The translations under genes were made by a program, and so were the position numbers. 64,000 nt of DNA from an uncultured Gemmatimonadaceae bacterium (GTDB taxonomy: Bacteria > Gemmatimonadota > Gemmatimonadetes > Gemmatimonadales > Gemmatimonadaceae): contig CAWAGQ010000005.1 in the NCBI GenBank assembly GCA_963781585.1, forward strand, positions 32,001 through 96,000, written 5' to 3'. Below, in pieces: positions 20,228 to 32,506 of this stretch. Position 1 is the stretch's first letter, and each line of letters starts with the position of its first letter. A model generated the notes under the pieces. That model was not told where the DNA came from. It made no database searches and saw only the letters and a program-made list of their open reading frames with translations.

Positions 20228-20788
20228 TCACGGCCTCCGCATGGTGTGCGTGCAGGCGTCGCTTCCCGCCGGATCAGGGGCGCCGTACGAGGCACGGATC
20301 AGTCGGGGCGACCCCCTCGGAGGAAGCTCCAGCACGAAGAGCGACGAATACTGCTGGTCGCAGAGATCGGCGAACCGTGGACCGCCAAGCGCGTCTATGA
20401 TCGCGGGGATGGTATTGGCGTGTCCCACGACGAGAACGGTCTCTCCCGGGGGTCGTGCGCGCACCGCCGCGGCGACGGCTTCGGCGTGGGCGTGCACGTC
20501 AGCGCCCGCTGCCACGACGATGGGCTCGCGGCCGATTGCGTGCGCCAGCGGCGCCGCCGTCGCGCGAGTCCGGAGAAACTGGGTGGTCACGATCGCGTCC
20601 ACACCGGCATAGGCGAGGGCGGCCGCCAGGTCGCGGGCCCGCTGGCTCCCCGCTGCGCTGAGCGCCGGATCGTCGGCCGGTGTAGCTGCCTTCTCGGCGT
20701 GGCGCACGAGGATGACGGTCGCCGGCTGCGGGGCCGCGACGCTGGCACACAGGGCCAGGGCCAGAATACCTAACGATGGAAAACGCAT
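20228..20788 (-). CDS. Histidine phosphatase family protein, secreted
   Basis: VILVRHAEK and VVGHANT motifs; signal peptide. Confidence 0.85.
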   Translation of the reverse strand: MRFPSLGILALALCASVAAPQPATVILVRHAEKAATPADDPALSAAGSQRARDLAAALAYAGVDAIVTTQFLRTRATAAPLAHAIGREPIVVAAGADVHAHAEAVAAAVRARPPGETVLVVGHANTIPAIIDALGGPRFADLCDQQYSSLFVLELPPRGSPRLIRASYGAPDPAGSDACTHTMRRP

Positions 20789-20957
20789 CACGACTCCCGA
20801 TCGGGATCTGCGTGCGGCCGTTCACGTCGATCGCAATCGTGAAGCGGCAGATATTTGGCATCCCGCCCGCACAGCCCACGTGTCGGGCGAGCCGGCTGAA
20901 ACGTACGGCGCGCTCCGGATCCCGGAAGCGCCGCACGGCGCGACGCGGTGGGACGCC

Positions 20958-21896
20958 TCAGGGACAGCGACCGGGCGGTCCCGCATACTGCATCCCGAAT
21001 CGCTTCAGGTACGCGGCAAGCGGTTCCAGGCCAACGGTCGCGCGACGCTTCTCGACGCAGGCTTCGTTGAGCACCGGGTCGAGCGTGGGTGGGCCGCCGT
21101 GCTCCGGCGATCGCGTCTGCGATCCATACATTGGGGTTTCCCGTCGGCCACCAGCACGCGGTCCTCGAGCAGCGCTCCGTCTCCGAGCGCGCGCTCACCC
21201 GCTCGCACCGCCGCCTGCACCAGCGGCAATACCTGTCGCTGGTACTCGGCCGGCGCGTGCTGGGCGATCAGCCAGGCCCCATGGGCGCCGTCGTCGCCGA
21301 CCACGCTGCGCCCGGGCCATCCGTGCGCCGCCACGATTTCCTTGAGGCGCGCGAGCAGCGGCGCGTCGGCGGCGGTCATCGCCTTCATCGCCGAGTCGCC
21401 TTCGCGGGAGGCGCTTCCAAACCGCGTGATGACCGCCTCGATGCCGGCGCGATTCTGCTGATCCTTGTCGGCGAGCACCAGCAGCTCCGCGCGCAGGGTG
21501 GTATCGAGCGCTGCATTACGACGGTGGGCGAGTTGCAGGATCGCCTCGAAGCGCGGATCGGCCCGAATGCGGGCGAACGTGCTGTCGCCTTCCAGGTAGC
21601 GCAGGAAATCGGCGCGGAGGAATCCCTGCTCGATCGCGCGCCGCAGGTCGGCCAGAGCGAGACTGTTCTGGCCGGCCTTTGCGGCGCTCATCGCGGCCAA
21701 TGCGAGACTCGTGGGGTCGAAGCCCGACGTAGCGTAGGCGCGTTCGTACAGACGCGCGGCCTCGGCGAAGTGGCCCGCGGAGTCGGCCGCGTTGGCGCGG
21801 ATGATCCACTCGTCGAATCCCTGACTTTTCCACGCGGCGCGACAGAAGGCTCGCACCGAGGGCGAAGGGAGTCAGATGGCGTATGACGGGACGCAT
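20958..21896 (-). CDS. TPR + DUF6624-like secreted protein with two apparent frameshifts
   Basis: DQQNR, HGWPG and AWLIAQHA motifs; GKPQ continues as MYGSQ in another frame at ~21131; the signal peptide is in another frame upstream of ~21830. Confidence 0.7.
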
Positions 21897-22013
21897 GCCG
21901 ACAATATGCCGGTGGTCCGGCGCGCGCGGCTATCGTTCAGCTCGATGCGGCCGCAGGGGCACCAGGGAATGCTTCGGTGTAGCACTCCGGCGACTCATTC
22001 CGTGGATATCCCG

Positions 22014-22269
22014 ATGCGCTCGAACGGCGACGAACGACGAATTCGATCTCGACCGGGACTTTCCGCTCGGCGACGGCACCGCGGACGTGGACGCCACCGT
22101 GGAGTGTCCGTCTTGCGGTGCGCCCGTCGAGATCGCGCTCGATCCGGGGAGCGGCGCGGTGCAGGAGTACGTCGAGGACTGTCAGGTCTGCTGCCAGCCA
22201 TGGCGGGTCAGCGTGCGGTACGATCGGTCGGGGCACGCCGAGGTGCGGGTGAGCGCGCTGAACGAGTAG
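22014..22269 (+). CDS. CPXCG motif cysteine-rich small protein
   Basis: CPSCG...YVEDCQVCCQPW; start uncertain (ATG 22014 needs a frameshift near 22035). Confidence 0.8.
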
Positions 22270-22274
22270 GACAT

Positions 22275-22319
22275 TAGACACCCCACCACTTCTGGCGTAG
22301 TTTTCAGGTGACCGTCACC
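22275..22319 (+). promoter_or_regulatory. Sigma70-like promoter and operator of the TA pair
   Basis: TAGACA-N17-TAGTTT followed by palindrome GGTGAC-C-GTCACC. Confidence 0.5.
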
Positions 22320-22330
22320 GGAAGGCAAGC

Positions 22331-22555
22331 ATGACCGTCGAGCATCTCCCGATCCACACCGACCCCGAGATCATGGGCGGCACTCCCGTCTTTGTCGGCA
22401 CGCGCGTGCCCGTTCAGACATTGCTGGATTACCTGGAGGCTGGCGATCCACTCGACGAGTTCCTTGAGGATTTCCCAAGCGTCACACGGGAACAGGCGAT
22501 TGCAGTCCTCGAACTAGCGAAGGAGATGCTTCTCAAGCGGGCCAGCGCCGCCTGA
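22331..22555 (+). CDS. DUF433 domain antitoxin
   Basis: DPEIMGGTPVFVGTRVPV...FLEDFPSV. Confidence 0.92.
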   Translation: MTVEHLPIHTDPEIMGGTPVFVGTRVPVQTLLDYLEAGDPLDEFLEDFPSVTREQAIAVLELAKEMLLKRASAA

Positions 22556-22561
22556 CTCAGG

Positions 22562-22885
22562 TTGCGCATTCTCCTCGACGAATGCGTGCCACGCCGGCTC
22601 GGGCGTGACCTCGTGGGCCACGACGTATCTCACGTTACATCCCAAGGGTGGGCTGGGAAGCGAAACGGGGCGCTCCTGGACGTCATGCGAACGCAGATGT
22701 TCGAGGTTCTCATCACCGTGGACCGAAATCTCGCGTTCCAGCAAGACTTGCCCAGGTTCGTGGTCGCGGTGATGGTACTTCGCGCTCGCTCGAATCGCAT
22801 CACCGATCTCCGACCTCTTGTACCGGCGATCCTCGCCGCGCTACCCAGTCTCGCGCCAGGGCAGATCACTTGGGTAGGCGTCTAA
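22562..22885 (+). CDS. DUF5615 PIN-like toxin
   Basis: MRILLDECVP, GWAGKRNG and ITVDRNL motifs; directly after DUF433. Confidence 0.88.
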   Translation: MRILLDECVPRRLGRDLVGHDVSHVTSQGWAGKRNGALLDVMRTQMFEVLITVDRNLAFQQDLPRFVVAVMVLRARSNRITDLRPLVPAILAALPSLAPGQITWVGV

Positions 22886-23084
22886 GAAAAGTCGGATCCA
22901 TCGGCGTGGGCTTCTGTCGAACGCATAGTCTCTGCTCAACCGGCGACAATGATCGCCCTATCGTGCCAATGTCACCGCGCCCTCAGCCGCCCCTATCGGC
23001 CGTCCACTCTGCCACGGTGGCGCCACCGAGGCGCCTTTCGTAGAATCGCGGCATCCTCATTTTGCCCGTCATCCGGAGCTGAGC

Positions 23085-25471
<2,387 letters not shown>

Positions 25472-25638
25472 GGGGTGTGCGATGCGCGAGGTTCTGCGTA
25501 TCCAATGCAACGGGCCCGGATGGGGGCGCGAACTCCTTGCGGTCCGTTCTGGGTCACTGCACTCTATCGCTGCCGGTCAATCCGCAGTTTGCGCCGCGTT
25601 GGGCGGCTACGAGATCCAGAGCAGGTACTCGGACGAGC

Positions 25639-25965
25639 ATGCCGATGACGCCGAACTTCAACCCGCACGCGTCCCAGCCCGCGAGAGCGGTGCAGGCATG
25701 GCAGATTCTCGTCGGGTGCGCGATGAACCGACAAACCACGACCTACGAGGGCTTGTCGAAGCTGATGTTCGGTAAGCCCGCGGCAGGTGTGCTCGCCGGC
25801 ATCCTTGGCCACGTCGCCTACTTCTGTAACGAAAGCCACTTGCCCGCATTGACCGCTATTGTGGTCAATGCGGCAACAGGCCTCCCTGGAGATGACATCC
25901 CTGTTGATGACCTGGCTCGACTCAACGAGATTCGCGAAATTCCGTTCTCGGACTCGCCGTTGTAG
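25639..25965 (+). CDS. Small hypothetical protein, probably 3'-truncated
   Basis: AWQILV..A.NRQT.TY...LPALTAIVV...GLPG; lower GC; first ORF of the island. Confidence 0.6.
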   Translation: MPMTPNFNPHASQPARAVQAWQILVGCAMNRQTTTYEGLSKLMFGKPAAGVLAGILGHVAYFCNESHLPALTAIVVNAATGLPGDDIPVDDLARLNEIREIPFSDSPL

Positions 25966-26009
25966 GCGTCCGACGCATCGGCAACTCAACGCCCGCCAGC
26001 GCGCGCGAT

Positions 26010-26126
26010 TTGTTCCACATCGGATCCGACACGAAGGCGACGACGGCAGGCCTGCTCGATCTGTTGGTCGATCGAGGCAACCTGCGATGGGAGTCCCGGC
26101 TCGACGAGATCTTTCCGGAGCTCAAG
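26010..26126 (+). pseudogene. Fragment of a serine hydrolase (beta-lactamase class C-like)
   Basis: FHIGSDTK (SxxK) followed by LVDRGNLRWESRLDEIFPEL; no full ORF. Confidence 0.65.
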
Positions 26127-26169
26127 CGGCCGCGTCGGTGGCCCGCGCTGCTTTCGGCAGGGGGGCAAC

Positions 26170-26511
26170 ATGACTACGGTTTTCGCGCGCCGCTTTCGAG
26201 CGAGCCTGATGCTCGGAATGGTGCTAATTGGCATGAACGCGTGCGCAGGGACGATTCGCATCCGAGACCTGCTTGATCAGCCACAGAAGTACGAAGGCAA
26301 GACAGTACGGGTCGCGGGCACCGTGACGAAGAGTGCCGGCGTGCTCGGAACCGGCGCATTCGAGATCGATGATGGGACAGGCAAGATTTACGTGATCGCC
26401 AGGGGTCAGGGCGTCCCGCGCGAAGGCGCGAGGACTAAAGCGCAGGGTCGATTCGAATCGCTGTTCAGTTTCCTTGGTCGTACCATGGCGGCCATCGTGC
26501 AGAACCACTGA
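26170..26511 (+). CDS. OB-fold-like lipoprotein
   Basis: Lipobox MNAC; YEGKTVRVAGTV...IDDGTGKIYV. Confidence 0.7.
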   Translation: MTTVFARRFRASLMLGMVLIGMNACAGTIRIRDLLDQPQKYEGKTVRVAGTVTKSAGVLGTGAFEIDDGTGKIYVIARGQGVPREGARTKAQGRFESLFSFLGRTMAAIVQNH

Positions 26512-26744
26512 CCGTTCCTCTCGGCTACTTCGCGCTCCATACGAGGCTTCCAGAGAAAGCGAACAGCGGCCGATTTTCGAGGGCGGAAAGGCACTGTCCA
26601 ACAGCGGTGCGCTGGATTTGCTCGCGTTCGAAGCTGACGCCCTTGCGCCACCGCGACGCCGGCGTAGCCTCAGGATAGGGAACTTCGCAGGCACTGTGTT
26701 TGGCTTGGCTCCACCGGAGCTCAGTCACGTCCAGTGAGGTCGCC

Positions 26745-26858
26745 GCCTAACGAAGGTTTGCAGCAGACGGCGGGGCTAAGGTGGGCACGGCGGTACGCTG
26801 CGCGTTCCGCCGTGCTCTTATATGATGTCCCGCCGCAGCTGAAACTGAACGGTTAGGG
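26745..26858 (+). other. Integron attC site (intact)
   Basis: R'' GCCTAAC ... GGCGGG ... GCACGGCGG/CCGCCGTGC ... CCCGCC GCAGCTGAA ... R' GTTAGGG; long imperfect inverted repeat. Confidence 0.85.
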
Positions 26859-26922
26859 CGCACGGTGTGCTGCGCCCGTGAGGGGTCAAGACCCAGAGCA
26901 GGAACAGATTCCGGAGGACGCT

Positions 26923-27591
26923 ATGATGAGCGACCAGAGTGATCTGCGAGTGGCTGGAGCGTGGCTTGCCGGCGCCTCGCTCCTTCTCGTCCTCGCGCTG
27001 GGCTTCCATGGGCCTCTGCACCCCGACCTTGGGGTGCAGATGACCCGAATCGGCGAGTCTGCGTCGAGGTGGGCGGCCGTCCACTGGATCGCAGCTGCCG
27101 CATTCTCCTGCTTCGCGATCGCGGCCGTTCTCGTGCTGGTGAGTCGCTCGCGGCTGACGAGCACTGGTCGGACGATTTCGGCTTGGGCGGTGGTCCTGGT
27201 CGGGGCGCTCTGGACGCTCACGACGGCCGTCACCGAGGTCACCGTAATAGCGGACCTCGCGGCCTCCAGGGACCGTGCCCAGTTCGAAGCGTGGTGGTCG
27301 TTCGCGCAGGGCTACGGGAACGGCTTCTCACTGCTCGCGGTGGCTGTGTCGGTCATTGCCTGGAACGAGTACCGGGATCCACATCGGCTCCTTCCGAGAT
27401 GGTCGGCGGGGGTAGGTGCCGGAGCCGGACTCGCGTCATTCGCCGGCTGGGCGCTCGGAGTCTGGCTCGACGTTGGCCCCGCGAACCTCTTGTGGCTCCT
27501 TGCGTCGGCGCTGATGTGCGTTTGGCTTGCCTGGTTTGGTATCGTGCTCGCCAGAACGAGCGACTTCCATGGAGCGGAGGCCCGAGACTGA
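26923..27591 (+). CDS. Hypothetical membrane protein (~6 TM), gene cassette
   Basis: GGAGG RBS; bounded by GTTAGGGCGCAC and the near-complementary GTGCGCCTAAC. Confidence 0.75.
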   Translation: MMSDQSDLRVAGAWLAGASLLLVLALGFHGPLHPDLGVQMTRIGESASRWAAVHWIAAAAFSCFAIAAVLVLVSRSRLTSTGRTISAWAVVLVGALWTLTTAVTEVTVIADLAASRDRAQFEAWWSFAQGYGNGFSLLAVAVSVIAWNEYRDPHRLLPRWSAGVGAGAGLASFAGWALGVWLDVGPANLLWLLASALMCVWLAWFGIVLARTSDFHGAEARD

Positions 27592-27633
27592 CTCGGGGCG
27601 AGCAGACTTGCCGTTCAAGTGTGCGCCTAACAA

Positions 27634-27708
27634 ACCCACGAAGGCTGGGGCTATCTCGCCGTCGTGCTGGATGCGTACGCCCGACGGATTGTCGGATGGG
27701 CGTTTGAT
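27634..27708 (+). mobile_element. IS3-family transposase (integrase core) fragment
   Basis: Translates THEGWGYLAVVLDAYARRIVGWAFD; starts right after attC arm GCCTAAC at 27625. Confidence 0.7.
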
Positions 27709-27869
27709 GCCCCGCGCGGACCAGCCTGGATCGCAGATGCGGCCTGCGGCTGGGCCGCGCAGGTTAAGTCCAGAACCGCTAGCCAACATTCGGAACGCGC
27801 AGTGAACCTCCGGGTAGCAGGCCACCGACATCAACGTCGACGCCTCTCGGCAGATTTCGGACAGTCACG

Positions 27870-28430
27870 ATGCGACGCAGGACGCTGAGAATCCTCGGTG
27901 CCATTGCCTTCGGTGTGCCCGCCACGCTCCGCGCACAATCCTCCGGAGCGAATGTGCCCATCACCGCGCCCCTGGAACAACAGTTCGCTGGCGATCTCAC
28001 GGCGCTTCATGACAAGGTCGTCGCCCTCGCAGATGCCATTCCCCCAGACAAGTACTCGTGGCGTCCATCCTCAGAAGTTCGGACTGTGGCGCAGCTGCTC
28101 ATGCACGTTGCCGGCGAGTGGTACTACCTCTGTCCCCGTGCGATTGCGGCGCAGCCGCCGGCGGACTTCGGTGCTCCCGGCGAAAGGATGCGTGCACTCG
28201 AGCAAATGTCAGGAAAGCCCGCCGTGTTGTCGGAGCTGAAGGCGGCGTGGGCGCACTGCCGGACGACGCTTGATCACGTTCAGCCATCACGTCTGATCCC
28301 CGATTCGCTGCCATCGAAGATGGGCTTCCCACGCGTGGTTCTAGTCGTCTCCGGCGACCAACATGAACATCTCGGGCAGCTCATTGCTTATGCCCGATTC
28401 CTCGGCGTCGTCCCGCCATGGAGCAGGTAA
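27870..28430 (+). CDS. DinB family protein, secreted
   Basis: DKYSWRP, LMHVA and HEHLGQLIAYAR..GVVPPWS motifs. Confidence 0.88.
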   Translation: MRRRTLRILGAIAFGVPATLRAQSSGANVPITAPLEQQFAGDLTALHDKVVALADAIPPDKYSWRPSSEVRTVAQLLMHVAGEWYYLCPRAIAAQPPADFGAPGERMRALEQMSGKPAVLSELKAAWAHCRTTLDHVQPSRLIPDSLPSKMGFPRVVLVVSGDQHEHLGQLIAYARFLGVVPPWSR

Positions 28431-28518
28431 CCTTGGCGATGTTCACATCCTCAAGGCCAGGTTGCGAATCGCGTGTTGGCGAACGGTGCATGCAGCTGAC
28501 ACCGCAGACTCTGTCGGT

Positions 28519-29547
28519 ATGATTGGACGATTGAGCAGCTTCGCCGCGGTCGGCACGCTCGCCGTTTCGTTGTCGCTGGCGCCATCCACGCCGGCAACCG
28601 GCGGTTCCGTTGGGTCGGCATCAACGGACATCGCGTTTGCGTCTCGTCGAGACGGCAACTGGGAAATTTACGTGATGGACGAGGCTGGGCGGAACCAAAG
28701 GCGACTCACCCGGCGCGATGTGGAGGATCGATTCCCGCTCTGGTCCCCCGACCACCGGCAGATCGCGTTTGCTTCCCTGGTCGGCACGACGTGGGAACTG
28801 TGGCTCATGAATGCCGATGGGACGAACCAAAGACGCCTCGCCTCACGCATTGTCGCCAAATCAACGCGTGGTTGGTCTCCGGACGGCAAACGCATCGCAT
28901 TTGCTGCGGTCGCGGACAGCAACATTGACATCCATATCGTCGATGTGTCATCGGGAGCAGTGACGCGGCTGACTGCATCGCCGGGTGAGGACCGCGACCC
29001 CTCCTGGTCCCCTGACGGTCGGCATCTGGCGTTTTCGTCCACGCGCGGCGCCACTCCGCAGATCTATGTCATGACCGCCGATGGCCGCGACGAGCGACGC
29101 CTCACGAGCAGTGCAGCATCTGCCGTCGCCCCGCGGTGGTCTCCTGACGGCAACGTCATCGCCTTTGTTTCCGGCCGTGATCACACTCGGGATCTTTGCC
29201 TCATCGGTGCGAATGGGCAGGGTCTCGAGCGACTTACCGTGGGGGCCGGCGTGACCGGGGATCCACCGCTGTGGTCGCCGGACGGATCACGCATCATTTT
29301 TCAGGTCGCCAGCGGTGAGAACTACGACATAGGCGTGGTGCGGCTCACTGACCGGTCGCGTTCCCTCCTCACGAGCTCGTCTGCCTATGACGGGAGTTAC
29401 ACGTGGTCGCCGGATGGCAAGCGCGTCGCGTTTATTTCAGGCCGCGATGGGTATGATGGTCTCTACACCGTCGACGCTGACGGCCGACACTACGCCAGCC
29501 TCACGGGAACGGCCTCGCTCACGCCGGCGTGGGACTCCCAACGGTAG
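28519..29547 (+). CDS. TolB-like PD40 repeat beta-propeller protein
   Basis: Six WSPD(G) repeats; signal peptide. Confidence 0.85.
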   Translation: MIGRLSSFAAVGTLAVSLSLAPSTPATGGSVGSASTDIAFASRRDGNWEIYVMDEAGRNQRRLTRRDVEDRFPLWSPDHRQIAFASLVGTTWELWLMNADGTNQRRLASRIVAKSTRGWSPDGKRIAFAAVADSNIDIHIVDVSSGAVTRLTASPGEDRDPSWSPDGRHLAFSSTRGATPQIYVMTADGRDERRLTSSAASAVAPRWSPDGNVIAFVSGRDHTRDLCLIGANGQGLERLTVGAGVTGDPPLWSPDGSRIIFQVASGENYDIGVVRLTDRSRSLLTSSSAYDGSYTWSPDGKRVAFISGRDGYDGLYTVDADGRHYASLTGTASLTPAWDSQR

Positions 29548-29551
29548 GGCG

Positions 29552-29580
29552 GTCCAACGAGGAGTTGAACCTGACCGGCG
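29552..29580 (+). other. attC left-arm remnant
   Basis: GTCCAAC GAGGAG TTGAACCTGAC, 4 bp after a stop codon; right arm not found. Confidence 0.5.
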
Positions 29581-29616
29581 CTGGTCGGTGGCGGCGATTC
29601 GAACTTCGGAGGACCC

Positions 29617-29916
29617 ATGAGAACTGCTGGTGCGTTCATCAGTCCGTTCATCTTGGCACTATTCAGCGCTTGCAGGACGCCGTCCACTGGCCCAGGCCCG
29701 GGTGAAACGGCCGGCGTCGTTCTCCACTACAGTCTCGAGGGTGGATTCTATGCCATTCGAGGCGATGACCACGTCACTTATGATCCCGTCAACCTCCCGA
29801 CGGATTTCCAGCGCAATGGACTTCGTGTCCTGGCAACCCTTCGGCCACTCCCCGACGCAGCCAGCATTCACCAGGTGGGCACCATCGTGGAGGTGGTCGC
29901 CATCCGAGTTCGTTAG
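29617..29916 (+). CDS. Small lipoprotein
   Basis: GGAGG RBS; lipobox FSAC; LEGGFYAI..D...Y.PVNLP. Confidence 0.75.
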   Translation: MRTAGAFISPFILALFSACRTPSTGPGPGETAGVVLHYSLEGGFYAIRGDDHVTYDPVNLPTDFQRNGLRVLATLRPLPDAASIHQVGTIVEVVAIRVR

Positions 29917-30067
29917 CCATGGTGGAGGAACGTGCTCAAGCCGCTCTGCCTAACCGGCGCAGGAAAGGTGGCGCGTCGGGGCAGCCGCTCGAAAGGGAAG
30001 GGTTTCTTCTTGATTGCGGCCGCCCCCACGCGCAGCTTATGCGCGATTCGTCAGACAGCGCCCCTTG

Positions 30068-30718
30068 ATGATGACCAGGAAGACGAAGGCCGTTCGGAAG
30101 TCGCGCGCACGACTCGTTCGGGCGCGGCCAGCACTCGTGCACCAGTTTCTGGTCGTCCTTCAGGAAACCGACCCGCTGGTGTGGCGTCGCATTCAAGTCC
30201 CTGACGCCTACTCATTCTGGGACCTCCACGTGGCCATCCAGGATGCGATGGGCTGGCAAGACTATCACCTGCATGAGTTCGTGGTCTCGCACCCCAAGCA
30301 CGGGGTTGTGGTGCGCCTTGGCATTCCGGACGAGGATGTCCCCGACGACCGACCCTCCGTACCTGGTTGGCAAGCAAAGATCGAGGATTATTTCTCAGAG
30401 GGCAGTCCACCTGCCCGGTACCTGTATGACTTCGGTGACGAGTGGCAGCACGCCGTTATTTACGAAGGCGTCGCCGCGTCCGAGGTCGGCGAACGGTATC
30501 CCCGGTGCGTCGCGGGCGCGGGCTCCTGCCCGCCGGAGGACGTTGGCGGTATCCACGGATATGCCGAGTTTCTCCGCGCGATGGCGAACCCACGCCATCC
30601 AGAGCATTCTGAGTACGCCCAATGGGCTGTGGGTCGCTTCAATCCGGCGCCCTTCGACCCCATGAGCGTTGTATTCAGTGAACCGACAGAACGATTCAAG
30701 CTGGCATTCGGTTCATAG
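30068..30718 (+). CDS. Plasmid pRiA4b ORF-3 family protein
   Basis: VWRRIQV, AMGWQDYHLHEF, YLYDFGDEWQH and CPPEDVGG motifs. Confidence 0.9.
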   Translation: MMTRKTKAVRKSRARLVRARPALVHQFLVVLQETDPLVWRRIQVPDAYSFWDLHVAIQDAMGWQDYHLHEFVVSHPKHGVVVRLGIPDEDVPDDRPSVPGWQAKIEDYFSEGSPPARYLYDFGDEWQHAVIYEGVAASEVGERYPRCVAGAGSCPPEDVGGIHGYAEFLRAMANPRHPEHSEYAQWAVGRFNPAPFDPMSVVFSEPTERFKLAFGS

Positions 30719-30722
30719 CGCT

Positions 30723-30790
30723 GCCTAACAACGCATTGCAGACTGACGGCGGGGCTGCGGTGCGCTTGCGCGTGCTGCGCTCGCGCAACC
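30723..30790 (+). other. attC left-arm remnant
   Basis: GCCTAAC AACGCA TTGCAGACTGAC GGCGGGG, 4 bp after a stop; resembles the left arm at 26745. Confidence 0.65.
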
Positions 30791-30837
30791 GGTCCCATTA
30801 ACCACTCCACCAGCCTTTTCGGCTCGACGCGCGTTCG

Positions 30838-32337
30838 CTACGCCGCAGCAGGCGGTCCGAACCAGGTGGTGAGCGCGTCGGCGAGCCCCACCTGGGTCAG
30901 GTCTCCCACCCAGGCCACATATCCGTCAGGCCGAATCAACACGGCGGTGGGAGCAGTGACCGCCCCGAGTGCCGGAAGCTCCCACGGACCATCGTACTTG
31001 GCGTCGACTACCTGAACGCGATCACGCCATGGCGTGATCGCGACGCCGCCGGGCGCACCGAGGTTGAGGAGCACCGGCCGGGCATGGTGCAGCAAGGTGA
31101 AGACCCGCAGCGGCCCGTTGGCGGTGACCAGGTCGAGATCGGGCATGCGGCGTCCGAGCAGCGGGTGGCCCTCGCCCAGGTCGTAATGGATGTCCAGACC
31201 GGACATCATCGCGGCGAATCGTTTGCGCGGCTCGTCCATGCTCAGCAGCTCGGACACGGTGTCGCGCAGCGCCTCGATGCGATCGTCGGCGCGCATGAGC
31301 GCGACCTGCGCCATCGTGGTGCGCAGCACGCGGGCAGCGACCGGGTGGCGCTCGGCATGGTAGGTATCCAGCAGGCTTTCCGGCGATGTCTTCTTGACGA
31401 CCTGGGCCAGCTTCCACCCCAGATTCACCGCATCCTGCACGCCGGTGTTGAGGCCCTGTCCACCGACTGGGGAATGCACGTGCGCCGCGTCGCCGGCCAG
31501 CAGCACCCGTCCCTTGCGGTAGGCCGCGGCCTGCCGGGTCATGTCGGTGAACCGGGAAATGAAGGCGGGGCTGTGGATCCCGTAATCGGTCCCGTAGACG
31601 GCGATGAGGCCTTCGCTGAGATCTTGCATGGTGGGATCGGTCGCGGCGCCGACGTGCTCTTCGGTCAACATGACCCGTACCGTCCCTTCATCCTTGTAGA
31701 CCACCTCACCGTTGCGGATCTCGTACTCCACGCGACCGAGGCCATAGACGCCGCGAGCGTCTCGGCGCATGCCCAATTCCGGCTTCCCGGTCATCTCGAC
31801 CTCGGCGATAAGGCTGCTCGTCGTCGGATCCCAGCCGGGGAACTCGATGCCGGCGGCCTTGCGCACCAGGCTGCGTCCTCCGTCGCACCCGCCGAGATAT
31901 TGCGCCCGTAGCGAGTGGCCATCGGACAGCTGAACGTCGACGCCGGTGTCGTCCTGCGCGAAACCTGTCACTTCACGTGCGCGATAGAACGTCACCGCCA
32001 GCTCGCCGACCCAGCCGGCCAATATCCGCTCGATGTGGTTCTGCCACAGCCCGAGCCCGTAGGGGTGGCGGGTGGGAAAGTCGCTGATGTCCAAGCGGAC
32101 GGTGGCGAACCCCGCGACCTGAGCCTTCTGCCCCTGCGAGAGGAACCGATCGGCGATTCCACGCTGATCGAGAACCTCGATGGTGCGTGAGTGCAGACCG
32201 CCCGAGCGCGAGCCGATGACGTCCTGGCTGGCGCGCCGCTCGACAATCGCGACGTCGACCCCCGCCAACGCCAGCTCGCCCGCCAACATCAGCCCGGTCG
32301 GACCGCCTCCGGCTATCACCACCGCATGTTCGGTCAT
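30838..32337 (-). CDS. FAD-dependent monooxygenase (aromatic-ring hydroxylase; Rox-related class)
   Basis: GGGPTG, GCDGGRS, GDAAHVHSPVGGQGLN and LIRPDGYVAW motifs. Confidence 0.92.
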   Translation of the reverse strand: MTEHAVVIAGGGPTGLMLAGELALAGVDVAIVERRASQDVIGSRSGGLHSRTIEVLDQRGIADRFLSQGQKAQVAGFATVRLDISDFPTRHPYGLGLWQNHIERILAGWVGELAVTFYRAREVTGFAQDDTGVDVQLSDGHSLRAQYLGGCDGGRSLVRKAAGIEFPGWDPTTSSLIAEVEMTGKPELGMRRDARGVYGLGRVEYEIRNGEVVYKDEGTVRVMLTEEHVGAATDPTMQDLSEGLIAVYGTDYGIHSPAFISRFTDMTRQAAAYRKGRVLLAGDAAHVHSPVGGQGLNTGVQDAVNLGWKLAQVVKKTSPESLLDTYHAERHPVAARVLRTTMAQVALMRADDRIEALRDTVSELLSMDEPRKRFAAMMSGLDIHYDLGEGHPLLGRRMPDLDLVTANGPLRVFTLLHHARPVLLNLGAPGGVAITPWRDRVQVVDAKYDGPWELPALGAVTAPTAVLIRPDGYVAWVGDLTQVGLADALTTWFGPPAAA

Positions 32338-32378
32338 CGCAACTCCTGGTTCAGAATGAGCGCGAAGTTTGAACTGCC

Positions 32379-32506
32379 ACCTAACGTGGTGCTGCTGCCG
32401 GCGGCGTGGGGTAGAGAGGCCGTACGGCGCTCGCCTCAGCCACGGGAGTGTACCGATGGCCGCGCTGATCGCGCAGATACACAGCGCTGAAGTGTTCGCG
32501 TTGGGC
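32379..32506. other. Degenerate attC-like site
   Basis: ACCTAAC GTGGTG CTGCTGCCG ... GTTGGGC; weak internal pairing. Confidence 0.4.
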
